Origin: Eledone cirrhosa
Taxonomy: Eukaryota
Direction: 5' to 3'
Length of the DNA stretch: 64,000 nt
Assembly (NCBI GenBank): GCA_964016885.1
Contig: OZ024743.1
Coordinates: forward strand, 295,368,001-295,432,000
Part shown: positions 1-13,110 of the stretch, in pieces
Layout of the letters: each line of letters starts with the position of its first letter
How positions within the stretch are numbered: position 1 is the stretch's first letter
The notes under the pieces: model-generated
Seen by the model: only the letters and a program-made list of their open reading frames with translations
Database searches by the model: none
What the model was told of the DNA's origin: nothing
Translations under genes and position numbers: made by a program

Positions 1-845
1 TCCTGGTGTGATGTTGAAGAGAGCAGGGCCAATTGAGGTGAAATAATTGTGCCGTATTGTTGTTATGAGTTGCGATTTAGATTTTTGTTTGGGACGGATA
101 GCACGGGGCCCAAGCCTTGGGTGTATTTTGAAGGTGATGCCGACATCATTTGTGCAGTGCTGATGAAACTTTTTCCACATCATGCAGATAATATAACGCT
201 CACGGCGACGTTGGAGTGAGTAAAGTTTCAGCTTTTCTAGTCGACCCCAGTTGTCAAGGTTTGACATGCCATCTATCTTTTTCGTGATTGCCCTTTGGGG
301 AGCTTCAAGTTTCATGATACTTTGTTTCGTGTGGGGAGACCACAGTGGACAACAGTATTCAAGGTGTGGTCGGGCAAAAGTGGAGATGAGAAGGATAATG
401 GTGTGGGTATTTCTCGACTGGAAGGTTCTGAGAATCCAGGAACACATTCTGGTGGCATCTAACAAAATCGGAGACTTGGGAGTAACCGTGGACAGCAATA
501 TAAGCTGAGCCACGCATATAGGCAGCAATGTTGTTAGATGCCACCAGAGTTTCACCGGAGGGAAGGGAGTACGGTAGTTTCAGAGCATCCTCTTTTTCAA
601 AGTGGATCATTTCGAATTTGTCTTCGTTCAGTAACATGTTGTTTTTTCCGTCCATTGGGTAACAGCCAGTAGGTCTGACTGAAGGCTTATCCGGTCATCG
701 ACGCCATTGATGACCTTTTGGAGCTTGGAATCATCAACGAAAATTCTAATGTTGCTGTGTTTGATGATGTCAGTGATGTCATTAATATAGATGATGAAGA
801 GAAGTCGGCCCAACACAGTGCCTTGTGGGACCCCACTACTGACTA
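1..845 (-). pseudogene. Non-LTR retrotransposon (CR1/L2-like) RT and C-terminal fragment
   Basis: Minus-strand [21 protein letters not shown]...IFVDDSKL...LQSDL, and downstream RPHLEYCCPLWSPH...LYSLQRRRER; frameshifted, with a small internal inversion. Confidence 0.9.
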
Positions 846-868
846 TGTATATGTATATATATATACAC

Positions 869-899
<31 letters not shown>

Positions 900-1131
900 C
901 ACATATACATACACACGCACATATACATTTATATATGTGTGTGCATATATGTATGTATGTTTGTATATATATATATGTGTGTATATGTATATGTATGTAT
1001 ATATGTATATATATGTGTGTGCATGTATGTATATGTGTATATATATATGTATATATATATGTGTATATATATATATATATATGTGTGTATGTGTGTATAT
1101 ATATATATATATGTAAATATATGTGTGTGTG

Positions 1132-1183
<52 letters not shown>

Positions 1184-1192
1184 CATATATAT
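845..1192. repeat. (TA)n/(TG)n microsatellite, representative of dozens of tracts in the window
   Basis: Direct reading; source of the YI/HT/CV-repeat ORFs. Confidence 0.98.
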
Positions 1193-1355
1193 AGTATTAA
1201 GGATACTATTTATGGTTATGTATATACTAAAACTTTTTATAGTTATATATATTTTTTAAACCCTAAACAGTTAAAGACAGTAATTTATTACTACCATATT
1301 ACCAGTAAGATAAATAGCTCAATGTAATAACATCAGTTGTTTTACAGATGAAAAA

Positions 1356-1405
1356 TTGCTCCGAAGACACCTAGCCTCGGTTTTGACGAAACAATTGTAA
1401 GCTAA
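1356..1405 (+). ncRNA. Degenerate minimal HHR motif in a short TA-flanked insert (1193-1441)
   Basis: gct-CCGAAGA...GAAAC-AATT-GTA-agc; palindromic loop III, weak stem II. Confidence 0.5.
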
Positions 1406-1502
1406 TAAATGGTTTGAACAGAAATTTGATTCACGTGATTTCTATATACATATATATATATGTATGTATATATATATACATATATATACATATATATATA
1501 TA

Positions 1503-1869
<367 letters not shown>

Positions 1870-2052
1870 AGATAAGCGGAGCAAGCAAGATTCAAACAAT
1901 TTTTTTTAATAAATTAAAAAATATAATTTAAATATTTACCTATTCCAATTGCTTTTACCGATCAGTTTCACTTCACAAAAGATTGGAGATCCCTAGGGAC
2001 TTCCAATGGAAAAGTTTAGATCATCAGAAAGCATTTTCCTTTCCTAGATATA

Positions 2053-2129
<77 letters not shown>

Positions 2130-2175
2130 ATGTGTGTGTGTGTGCGTGTGTGTGTGTGCGTGTGTGTGTGTATGT

Positions 2176-2665
2176 GAATGCGTCTGTGGACACCTGGAAT
2201 ATAGCTTAAGAGAAATTTGAAGATAATGAAATGATAGGCACCCAATATTTTGAACTGGTTTATAGAATTCTCTTGGCCCTTGTCATCCCATGTAGAACTT
2301 TAAAGAATTAGCTTTTAAAGAATTTCCCTTTTCTTTAAATCCATCAACCATGACCCACCTCCAACGATCTTATAGACACTTGAAATATAGGCATTGTTAG
2401 CTTAAGAGAAACTTAAAAATAAGGAGTGGCACCCCATTCTGAACTTGTTTATAGAATTCTTTCTGCCTTTGTCACTCTAAATATAAATTATAGCTTTAAA
2501 GAATTAGCTCTTAATTAATTCCCTTTCTATCAACCAATGACCTCTACCCATTCCACTCCCCACCCTCTCCTACCACCTGAAAAGAGCTATAAATACAACA
2601 TTTATTTTTGGTAAGCCAGATTCCTGATGATTTCTAAAGTTTTGAACAGTTCTAGTCCTGTAGAA
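2176..2665 (+). mobile_element. PLE-like 3'UTR/pLTR fragment, family C (also 20440-20980, 59684-59876)
   Basis: Matches 20440-20890; ends in a decayed HHR (CTGATGA at 2624). Confidence 0.7.
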
Positions 2666-2793
2666 CTGACGTCACCAGCCCTGTTTTTCCACATGTGCGT
2701 TTTATTTGCATAATCACGCATGATGGTAAACTAGCCTGCTTTTAAATTCCCTTTTTGGCATATTAATCAGTGAGAATCTGGCTATCGTGTTGA

Positions 2794-2876
2794 GCTCTGC
2801 TGAGGATCGTATTCCAACCGTGCCCATCTCCACTGAAATTTTACGTGAAATAGTCTTTTGCAATACTATACAGAGC
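2794..2876 (+). ncRNA. Type I HHR, family D
   Basis: Stem I gctctg/cagagc; CTGAGGA; stem II base cgta/tacg; GAAA-tagt...acta-TA. Confidence 0.8.
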
Positions 2877-3427
2877 ATTTGTAGTTGTCCCAAATTGAAG
2901 GATGAGTATTTTAAACTTTATTTTATCATGAGTTAAGGCTCTATTGATTTTCCACTGGATTTCACTAAATTCTGTGGGTTAAATCTATATCCTGATTCTT
3001 TTTGAATTGAGTTTGAATTATTTTTCCCACATCTTACATTAACTATTTTCTCATGTTGACGCTATAGTCCCTTATATATTATGGAATACTGTTGGCTTCT
3101 TGCTACAATACTTTCTATACCTTTCATTTATATATTTATACTCGGATTTCTTTCCTAGAGTGCTTAAATATTTTGTGACTAATCCCCATATTTAAAAAAA
3201 AACCCGCGATAATATTGCTTTTTGCTGAACTCCTTATTGTAGAGTTTTGTTCGGAATGTTTTTGACTGTAGTTTCATGTAAACAAACATTCGTCTCATTC
3301 TGACGTCACCAGCCCTGTTTTTCCACATGTGCGTTTTATTTTCATAATCACGCATGATGGTAAACTAGCCTGCTTTTAAATTCCCTTTTTGGCATATTAA
3401 TCAGTGAGAATCTGGCTATCGTGTTAA

Positions 3428-3510
3428 GCTCTGCTGAGGATCGTATTCCAACCGTCCCCATCTCCACTGAAAGTTTACGGGAAGTAGTATTTTTCAAGAC
3501 TATACAGAGC
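3428..3510 (+). ncRNA. Type I HHR, family D, second unit (GAAA mutated to GAAG)
   Basis: Lies 634 bp from the first copy with the same stems. Confidence 0.65.
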
Positions 3511-3745
3511 ATTTGTAGTTGTCCCAAATTGAAGGATGAGTATTTTAAACTTTATTTTATCATGAGTTAAGGCTCTATTGATTTTTCCCTGGATTTCACT
3601 AAATTCTGTGGGATAAATCTATATCCTGATTCTTTTTGAATTGAGTTTGAATTATTTTATTTAACTATTTTCCCCTTTTGACGCTATAGTCACTTATATA
3701 TTATGGAATACTGTTGGCTTCTTCCTACAATCCTTTCTATACCTT

Positions 3746-3818
<73 letters not shown>

Positions 3819-3820
<2 letters not shown>

Positions 3821-4252
3821 AACGAGTAGGACCCCGACGGCTGAACTGAAGCCGATTCGACGGCTAATTCTGGACTAAATGAACATTTTTATCCTGCTAT
3901 ATGAATAGCCGAGCTTTTCAGGGGTTAATTCCATATATGGTAAAAGTGATTGTCACAAGGATTGGTCAAAAGTCTGTTAGCTACCCTTCCCTCCACAAAT
4001 TGCCATGATAGAATTATTGTCTCAACAACAAACTTTTGACCAATCCTTGTGACAATCACTTTTACCATATATGTAATTACCCCCTGAGAAGCTCGGCTAT
4101 TCATATACCAGGATAAAAATGTTCATTTAGTCCAGAATTAGCCGTCGAAACGGCTTGAGCTCAGCCGTCGGGGTCCTATCGTTCCTATTACCCACTCTAC
4201 TACCCTAAGTATTGAGTACTTTGGTGCGTTATGGTCCACCTGGTTCATTCGT
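3819..4252. mobile_element. Family K fold-back insertion with HHR-like motif (4079-4174 +, mirror ~3830-3925 -)
   Basis: Arms 3819-3973 and 4033-4187; acccc-CTGAGAA-g..cggcta/tagccg..c-GAAAcggct...agccGTC-ggggt. Confidence 0.75.
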
Positions 4253-4364
4253 AATATATATATTACATATATATATATATATATATACATACATACATAT
4301 GTATATACATATGTATATACATATATATATATATACATACATACATATATATATACATATATAC

Positions 4365-5485
<1,121 letters not shown>

Positions 5486-5664
5486 ATATATATGTAGGAG
5501 GTGAGTTTTATTGTAGTACAATAAAGCAATGCAGATATCGGATAAGAAGCACTCTACAGTTTGTAGGACTGGAGTATACATAATATATAAGATCAAAAGA
5601 TGGTTAAAAGAGTTCCATGTATTTTATTATGCGCATTTCATTTAACCTTAATATCATGTCTTCC

Positions 5665-5735
5665 TATTTTATCTGATGAAAACACAAATATTATTGCATG
5701 ATGATATTTGTTTTTGAAATGTGAATAATAAAATA
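5665..5735 (+). ncRNA. Minimal HHR in 5' pLTR (loop III mutated to GTGA)
   Basis: tattttat-CTGATGA-hairpin-GAAAT-gtga-ATA-ataaaata. Confidence 0.75.
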
Positions 5736-5923
5736 CATGGAACTCTTTTAACAATCTTTTGATCTTATATATTATGTATACTCCAGTCCTTATCCGATAT
5801 CTGCATTGCTTTATTGTACTACAATAAAACTCACCTCCTACATTAACTTGCTCCTTAACGGTTGAGCGCTAACTCTCATATTGGATACCTTTTGATGGTC
5901 CTTTATATTTTTTCTTCTACAAC

Positions 5924-8323
5924 ATGGATTATTACAACATAACCAATTCATCTAAAGACATTCCTATACCTGGTAAATCTGAATTCACCAAACTTCTAAT
6001 CGAAAAAACTGACTCCTTTGTAAGAAGACTTAGATGGATAGCTTATTTCTATGACCAGCGCCTAAAAAGGAACTTCTATACCAAAGAACATAACTTCCTC
6101 GATCATCTATTTAATTCTAGAAGAAATCCTCCTTCCAACAAAAATCTAGTGCAATTCGAGGAAGAGTTAACAAAAATTATAAAAAATCTTAAATTCAAGA
6201 GATACCCTTACAAAGGACAAGAGCACCTTGTAAATCTCAAGAACACAATTTCAAACCTAAATTCCTCAAAAAATGTTTTAGTCCACTCTGACAAAACCAA
6301 TAATTTATATAGTATTTCCAAGGATAACTATAACAATCTTATCCTAAAGGAACTTAGGAAAAAATATCGTAAAACCAACCATGATAATTTAGAATCCATA
6401 AACTTTGAAGCCTCTGAGATTATGTCAAAACTTGGCATCGGAAAAAAGATCGAACCATTCCTCCCAAGAACTCCGAAGATAAATCTCAAGGATCACAAAA
6501 ACAATTTTCGTACTGAACTACCTGTTAGATTAATCGCCCCCTCTAAATCAGATCTTGGGGTTGTTAGTAAAGCCATCTTGGATAGAATTATCCCACAGGT
6601 TCGTTCTAATTGCTCTTCTTTGAACTTAAATTTATGGTTTGGTACTTCTGAAGTGATTGGCTGGTTCAACAAATTGAATAATAAAAACAAACTAAAATTT
6701 GTTCAATTTGATATTGCCAACTACTATTCTTCTATTTCGCCTTCACTTCTCAACAATGCTCTATCTTTCGCATTTAAATATTCTGACATCACCACAGATG
6801 AACTTCACATCATTCTCACCGCACGTAAAACCATCCTAGAATTCAACAATGAATATTGGACCAGAGCTGATACCTCTAACAACTTCAACATCACAATGGG
6901 AGCATCCGATTCATCCCAATTGACAGATTTAATTGGTATCTTTATTTTGAACTCTTTGAGTCGGAAAATTCCTCAACTTCGCGGTGGAATTTATCGTGAC
7001 GATGGACTCGTTACTATCTTAAATTGCAACATAGTTAACCTTAATATTATTAAGAACAATATACGTAATCTCTTTAACCAACATAACTTAAAAATTGAAT
7101 TTGATAACAGCATCAAACTAGCTAATTTCTTGGATGCATCTCTTAATCTTGACACTGGCCTATATTACCCTTACCATAAAAACAACGAGAACCTAAATTA
7201 TGTTAATTTTAGATCTAACCACCCCACTAATATTAAGAATGCTATAGTTAGTAATATTGGAAAAAGAATATCTAACCTATCTTCTAATAAAAATATCTTT
7301 GATGCTAACGCCAATTACTATAATAACGCGCTTTCTAAAGCCGGCTATCCTGATAAAATCAAATATAGTAAAGAAACAAATTCTAGAAGATCTTACAGTA
7401 GAATAAATAATCATGATCATTCCAATAACTTTAATAAAAGACCTAGATACAAAAACATAATCTGGTATAATGCTCCTTTCTCCATCTCTATTAATAATAA
7501 TATTCCTAAATTATTCTTTAGTACCTTAAATAAATGCTTCCCTCCCTCACATATCTATAGTAAAATATTTAACAAACACACTATAAAATTTTCCTATTCG
7601 ACATCCTCCAACATTTCCAACATTATCTCTAAACACAACAATAAAATACTAAATACTAAATCTCTTCCTTCCAACACTGAATATCATAATAATAGTAATA
7701 GTACTCCCGACGTCATTGTAAACTCTAGGCTAATTTCTGCAAACCCAAATACAACGTCAAACACAACTTCGCTAAATGTTCTTAATCCCATTCTAAATCA
7801 AGAAACTATTACCTCTATCGCAAATAACTTCTCCAATCCAATTCCTTCAATAGATAAAACTAGATCACTCGTTAATAATCTCTCTAATCGCAATTGCAAT
7901 TGCCCTGTTAAAAATATATGTCCTCTCAGCAACCATTGTCTTGATAAAAACTTAATCTACGAATGTAAAGTTATAACTGACACCAATTCCTTCACCTATT
8001 TGGGCTCCACTTCCACCTCCTTTAAAGCTCGTCTTTATAATCATCATTCGTCTTTTAAATACCAACTTAAAAGAACCAACACGGCTCTCTCAGAACTCAT
8101 ATGGTCCTTGACAGACAAAAATATTAAATATAACATCTCTTGGAAAAAAGTTTCTTCTTCTTCGCCATACTTGAACAGTTCTCTATCCAAGACTGGCAAT
8201 CTCTGTCTAAATGAAAAATTTACCATTATATCTAATTTAGATTCTATAATAAATAGACGCACTGATTTGTTTTCTCTCTGCTTGCATAAATTCCACAGAA
8301 CATTCCATAAAGTCTACAGCTAA
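5924..8323 (+). CDS. PLE reverse transcriptase plus GIY-YIG endonuclease (799 aa)
   Basis: SKDIPIP..RRLRW N-terminus; QFDIANYYSSI, ITMGASDS, GIYRDDGL, NFLD; CNC..CPL..HC; LIYECKV..YLGSTSTSFKARLYNH. Confidence 0.95.
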   Translation: MDYYNITNSSKDIPIPGKSEFTKLLIEKTDSFVRRLRWIAYFYDQRLKRNFYTKEHNFLDHLFNSRRNPPSNKNLVQFEEELTKIIKNLKFKRYPYKGQEHLVNLKNTISNLNSSKNVLVHSDKTNNLYSISKDNYNNLILKELRKKYRKTNHDNLESINFEASEIMSKLGIGKKIEPFLPRTPKINLKDHKNNFRTELPVRLIAPSKSDLGVVSKAILDRIIPQVRSNCSSLNLNLWFGTSEVIGWFNKLNNKNKLKFVQFDIANYYSSISPSLLNNALSFAFKYSDITTDELHIILTARKTILEFNNEYWTRADTSNNFNITMGASDSSQLTDLIGIFILNSLSRKIPQLRGGIYRDDGLVTILNCNIVNLNIIKNNIRNLFNQHNLKIEFDNSIKLANFLDASLNLDTGLYYPYHKNNENLNYVNFRSNHPTNIKNAIVSNIGKRISNLSSNKNIFDANANYYNNALSKAGYPDKIKYSKETNSRRSYSRINNHDHSNNFNKRPRYKNIIWYNAPFSISINNNIPKLFFSTLNKCFPPSHIYSKIFNKHTIKFSYSTSSNISNIISKHNNKILNTKSLPSNTEYHNNSNSTPDVIVNSRLISANPNTTSNTTSLNVLNPILNQETITSIANNFSNPIPSIDKTRSLVNNLSNRNCNCPVKNICPLSNHCLDKNLIYECKVITDTNSFTYLGSTSTSFKARLYNHHSSFKYQLKRTNTALSELIWSLTDKNIKYNISWKKVSSSSPYLNSSLSKTGNLCLNEKFTIISNLDSIINRRTDLFSLCLHKFHRTFHKVYS

Positions 8324-9214
8324 TATCCAATACTTTATCAATTTAGAATCCTTTTCTCAAAGGCACACATATATATATATACTTCTTTAAAAATATACCC
8401 ATCTTTCTACCTTATTTCAAAGTTATTTATTATACATTATATAATACTTGTTACTCATTCTATATCACTCCTATTTATCACTTCACTTTCTTCCTTTTCC
8501 TTTTCTTTCCTTTTTCTTTTAATTTCTAACCCCTAATCTGTACCTTTTCTCACTGTGCCTAACATTGAAACAATTATTACACAATACAATATATTCTTAC
8601 TTTATATCACCTTGAAAAAATCCTTCGTAAACATAACCATTTATTTTGACGTTAGATTATTTATCCTCAGTTCATTATTTTTTTCTCCCTTTCATCTAAC
8701 TTACTCATGCTCATCTCACAATATATCCTTACTTACATTACTTGTTGTTTTTTTAATAATACATATCAACATTTTCTTTTCATCGCACATATTATTAAAC
8801 CCTTAAATATTATTCTTAATTCATATTAACATTTTCTTTCCATCGCACATATTATTAAACCCTTCAATATACAAACCTTAACTTTACATTATTTTTTTCT
8901 CTTCGTTAATTTTCAAATTCTTTTAATTTATACATTATCTTCCAACGGTTTTTCAACCTCTCTATGTAAAACAATATATTTTTCTCAGTTATATTCTCTA
9001 TCACCATCTCTCCTCCTATCTCATCCTTCCTCATTATACTCCTCCCCCTCCACTTTTTACTCTCATCTCCTCCTCTTTTTCATCCTTTCTAACCTCCCCC
9101 CCCTCAAAAAATTGTTTTTCCCAATATCACACATCAATCTAAAACTACTTTTCATATGTTGATTTAAAACTGCACTATTCACAAGTGTTTTTTAACCTTC
9201 ATATCATGTCTTCC

Positions 9215-9285
9215 TATTTTATCTGATGAAAACACAAATATTATTGCATGATGATATTTGTTTTTGAAATGCGCATAATAAAATA
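9215..9285 (+). ncRNA. Minimal HHR in 3' pLTR
   Basis: Stem I tattttat/ataaaata; CTGATGA; stem II caaatat/atatttg; GAAAT-GCGC-ATA. Confidence 0.88.
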
Positions 9286-9322
9286 CATGGAACTCTTTTA
9301 ACCATCTTTTGATCTTATATAT

Positions 9323-9352
<30 letters not shown>

Positions 9353-9354
<2 letters not shown>

Positions 9355-9470
9355 GTTATACTTTGGGAGGGTCATGTTGCCAATAAGAAACACACGCACC
9401 AGTTGCTTTCACCAGTTGCTTTCACACGGTTTCAGATAAAGAATCTTGCTAAACAAATTCAGAAACGAAA
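9353..9470 (-). mobile_element. Tiny 3'-terminal fragment of PLE family F (also 57244-57288 +)
   Basis: Reverse complement of 20320-20375. Confidence 0.75.
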
Positions 9471-10055
9471 TATATATATGTTGATTTTATTGATTTTTTC
9501 AGTTACTTATATTGACTGTTGAATAGCTCTGTTATATTTAACCATTCTGTCGAGAGCTTTATTCGATTTGTGATATTTTGCATTCTCGCAATAATGCACA
9601 ACTGAATCATTCGCTTAATAGAGGTGTTACCTCCCTTGCTGAATCCCACGAGGGATCAGTAATAGCCACACTATCTATAGCATCTTGGAGCAAAACCCGT
9701 TGATAACACGACTGCCTTGTTCATCATCTCACAAGAAGCACAACATTCTTTATGTAGGCGGACAGTACCTGATTTGGAGTCGCAGAAACCAATACTGGAT
9801 TTTACCATCAGTCCAGGTTCCGGGAAAGTATCAACACATATATTTTTATTGTTTGACCCGAATTACTTGGTCGTTTTGTTTTGGCTGTGCGGATGATATG
9901 TTTAACCATCATCTCAGTGTGTTTGGCCCTTAACGTATGTTGTAGCTCTGATTCATATGATTCATCGAGCGCTTGCCACTCATATGGGACGTTGATTTTC
10001 GTTAATTCCTGAGCTGAAAACGATTCTCGCTAATTTATATCTATATTTATATTTA

Positions 10056-10142
<87 letters not shown>

Positions 10143-10922
10143 AAACATTTCAAGAGTAACCAATCTTAAAGAGAGAGATGGAGATAAGAGAGGAGATAGG
10201 AGAGGAGAAGAGAGGTTGGTGAATTAGTTAGAAACCAAAATGTAAAGTGTAAAGGTATGTGCTCAATGTTCAATATGCAGTGGAAGGCAGCTAGGTGGCT
10301 GGGTTCGTGCAGAGGTTAGGTGCACAGAACTGGAAATATTCATTAGTTAAGCAAAACAAGACCACACATTTCACAGGTAGACATTATTAAAAGATTGTCA
10401 ACATTGTTTTAGTTTAATGTAAGGAATGTAGAGAATAATAATAATAATAATAATAATAATATTAATAATGTCCGTTTACAATTGTTTCGCTACTCTATAT
10501 AATGTTTCTGGATGAAATGATTATAGATCATTATTGATCTGGTTCAGTTGAAGATAATTAACTTAATTAAAATTAGAGAAGCTCATCGGAACTTCAAAAA
10601 TAATTTGAAGTTCCGATGAGCTGCTCTAATTTTACCTAAGTTATTTATCTTCAACTGAACCAGATCAATAATGATCTATAATCATTTGATCCAGAAACAT
10701 TATATGGAGTAGCGAAACAATTGTAAACGGACATTATTAATATTATTATAAAATAAAGTACCAGTAATACACTGTGTAATTTGCTGGCCTTGTGCCTAAC
10801 GTAGAAACAATTATAATTATTATTCTCTACATTCCTTACATTAAACTAAAACTATGTTGACAATCTTTTAATAATGTCTTCCTTGTGAAATTTGTGTTCT
10901 CCTTTTGCTTAACTAATGAATA
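10143..10922. mobile_element. Fold-back pLTR insertion, family H, with HHRs at 10474-10593 (-) and 10610-10728 (+)
   Basis: Arms ~10336-10597 and 10605-10922; gtt-CCGATGA-gctgctc...gagtagc-GAAAC-AATT-GTA-aac; SINE 3' piece at 10750-10812. Confidence 0.85.
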
Positions 10923-11295
10923 TATATGTATAAATATATATATATAGCAATAAAATTTATCGATGTCGTAATCATTAAGCTCCTGACTTTCTGATAGTCA
11001 TATGGGCGCCTCCATGAGAAATGCCGTGTTTGGCATTTTATACCAGGTAGTGATATATTTTCGTCGAGTATGACTACAGCCAATTTCTTCCAGAAAAGAT
11101 GGCAGACCGAAACGGAAAGGGAGAATGAGAAGAACAGTCAACGCTAGTACCAATGAAATTCATTACTAAGCTCGGTCGGATTTGAGTTTTGAACAGAGGA
11201 ATCGTGTGGAAATATCATTAGGTATACCATCCCACGTCCTAACGACACACACACACACACACACGCACAAACACACAGACGCACACACACACACA

Positions 11296-11347
<52 letters not shown>

Positions 11348-12959
11348 AATGTATATATAAATGTATATATATAAATGTATGTATATATATATATATAAAT
11401 ATATATATATACATACATACATACATACATACAATATATATACGTGTTTCGTTTATGTGATGATGGTATTAGTAATTGTATGTTTATTTGAATGTTTGTG
11501 TATTATTTTCCTTTCTTCATACGTGAAAATTAGTAATCGTATGTTACTTTACAATTTGTTTCGATATACTTTGTCTTTTGATTGTTATGTTCAGACTATT
11601 TGTTTATTTCATAGTTTTCTTACAATATTAGAATTTATAAAATCTGATTATAAGACCTGAAGCAATGCAAATTTATTTAATGCGGAAAGAAAATAATCTC
11701 GTATTAAGTGATTTAGTTATAAAGAAATTTAATATATAGTTTGAATAGAGGACTCCAAAATATAATTACTGTCTCATGTTCAAATAAATGAACAAGGTAG
11801 TGATTATCGGTTACTGCAATTTATACAAACTGTGAGGTGGTGACATCAAATTCTTACCGAAGAAAATGTTATTATATTAGCCAAGATTATAGTGATTTGT
11901 AATTAAATTTGTTTAAATAAATTTTAATAAAAATAAGGATATATTTGAAAATTCCAATAGAGTGAAAGCAACGTATTATATGTGTTTCGTGTCTGCCTTT
12001 GTGACATACATGGGAGAGACGAAATTCACAGGTGGAAGTTGTATGATATATACTAGAATATTGGGCTTCTTTTGTTTATAGAATTACAGCTTGGTAAATG
12101 TCACCTTCATACCCCTCTTGCTCAAATGTTGCCCTCCTAGTGAGGTTGCAACGAGGTTGGTGAGAGATACAGCGTGTTTTGATTTTTTGAAATTTAGTCA
12201 GACTTCTTTCGTCAATATCCATTTTCTTTCCGAGAGAAGAAACCACAGAAAAACAACCCCAGTACGGAATTGGTACTTCAATTATCTATCCCTAAAAGAT
12301 GATAGGTGAACTAGACATCACCATGATTTAAACCAGAAGGAATACCGCAAGTTATTTTATTCAACATACCAACGATTCTGCTAATTTATTGCCATGCAAC
12401 TAGGTAATATAAGCCATTAAAATATAATGAATTTTGGTTTAAAGTTATTTCTAACATCCATATAAGGTTTCAGGGATTTCTTCGATTTAATCAATGTTAT
12501 TTTCTGAATAGTATGTTAATTTATCAATCGCAAAAGGAACACTACATTATTTATCACCCAGCTTGAACTCGGTAATATCCCTACATGACCGACTTTACCT
12601 GGCAGACTAAACAATGAGACTCCTCTATAATCTCCCTTGTCATCTTTTGTTTTGGAAAATTGTGATTATTGATCCTGATTGTCATTTAATTGGTACCTTT
12701 TCAAAGCTCAAGATCAGGCAACACCCACGAGTCAGCCAGAGCATGCATTCTCTAGTTAAGGATTTTAATATCTCTGACCGAATTTCATCTACCCTAGAGG
12801 ATACGCCAAACTTAAACTGTTTAATTTCTCTGATAACTCCAGTCTCCGAAAGAATACAATCGCGAATACAATGGTCAAAATGAGGTTCCTGTGGAGTAAA
12901 TGTACGCGGTAGGGGGCAAAGCTTGAAGATCATGAAATCACTCCAGGTTGATCACAGTT

Positions 12960-13110
12960 TCGGTATTAGGTACGTATGTCTAAGTAAATATTGGCTGGAC
13001 ACATTTTACAGGCAAAGTCAACCAGTGGGAGGCTTAGAGGTAGAGGACGCGCAAGATGTCTAGATAACATCCATAAGCTCATTTAGTCTCGCTTGCGGAT
13101 CCTCTACATT
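12960..13110 (+). mobile_element. Old RTE-like LINE 3' fragment
   Basis: Resembles 21190-21310 (aagatg..tagataacatccat). Confidence 0.45.

Larger units (their letters stand above)
2666..3750 (+). mobile_element. ORF-less partial tandem repeat (634-bp monomer) with one HHR per unit, family D
   Basis: ctgacgtcaccagccctg at 2666 and 3300; ends in (TA)n; reverse copy at 36020-37010. Confidence 0.85.
5494..9323 (+). mobile_element. Full-length Naiad-like PLE, family E: inverted 5' segment, pLTR, ORF, 3'UTR, pLTR
   Basis: 5641-5773 repeated at 9191-9323; 5494-5638 is the reverse complement of ~5715-5842; (TA)n on both sides. Confidence 0.92.

Noticed and set aside
161-170. ctgatgaaac as a hammerhead core
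   Set aside because: Lies antisense within LINE coding sequence with no supporting stems.
5855-5923. PLE 5' intron upstream of the ORF
   Set aside because: A pyrimidine tract is present but ends in CAA rather than CAG; cannot be supported without transcripts.
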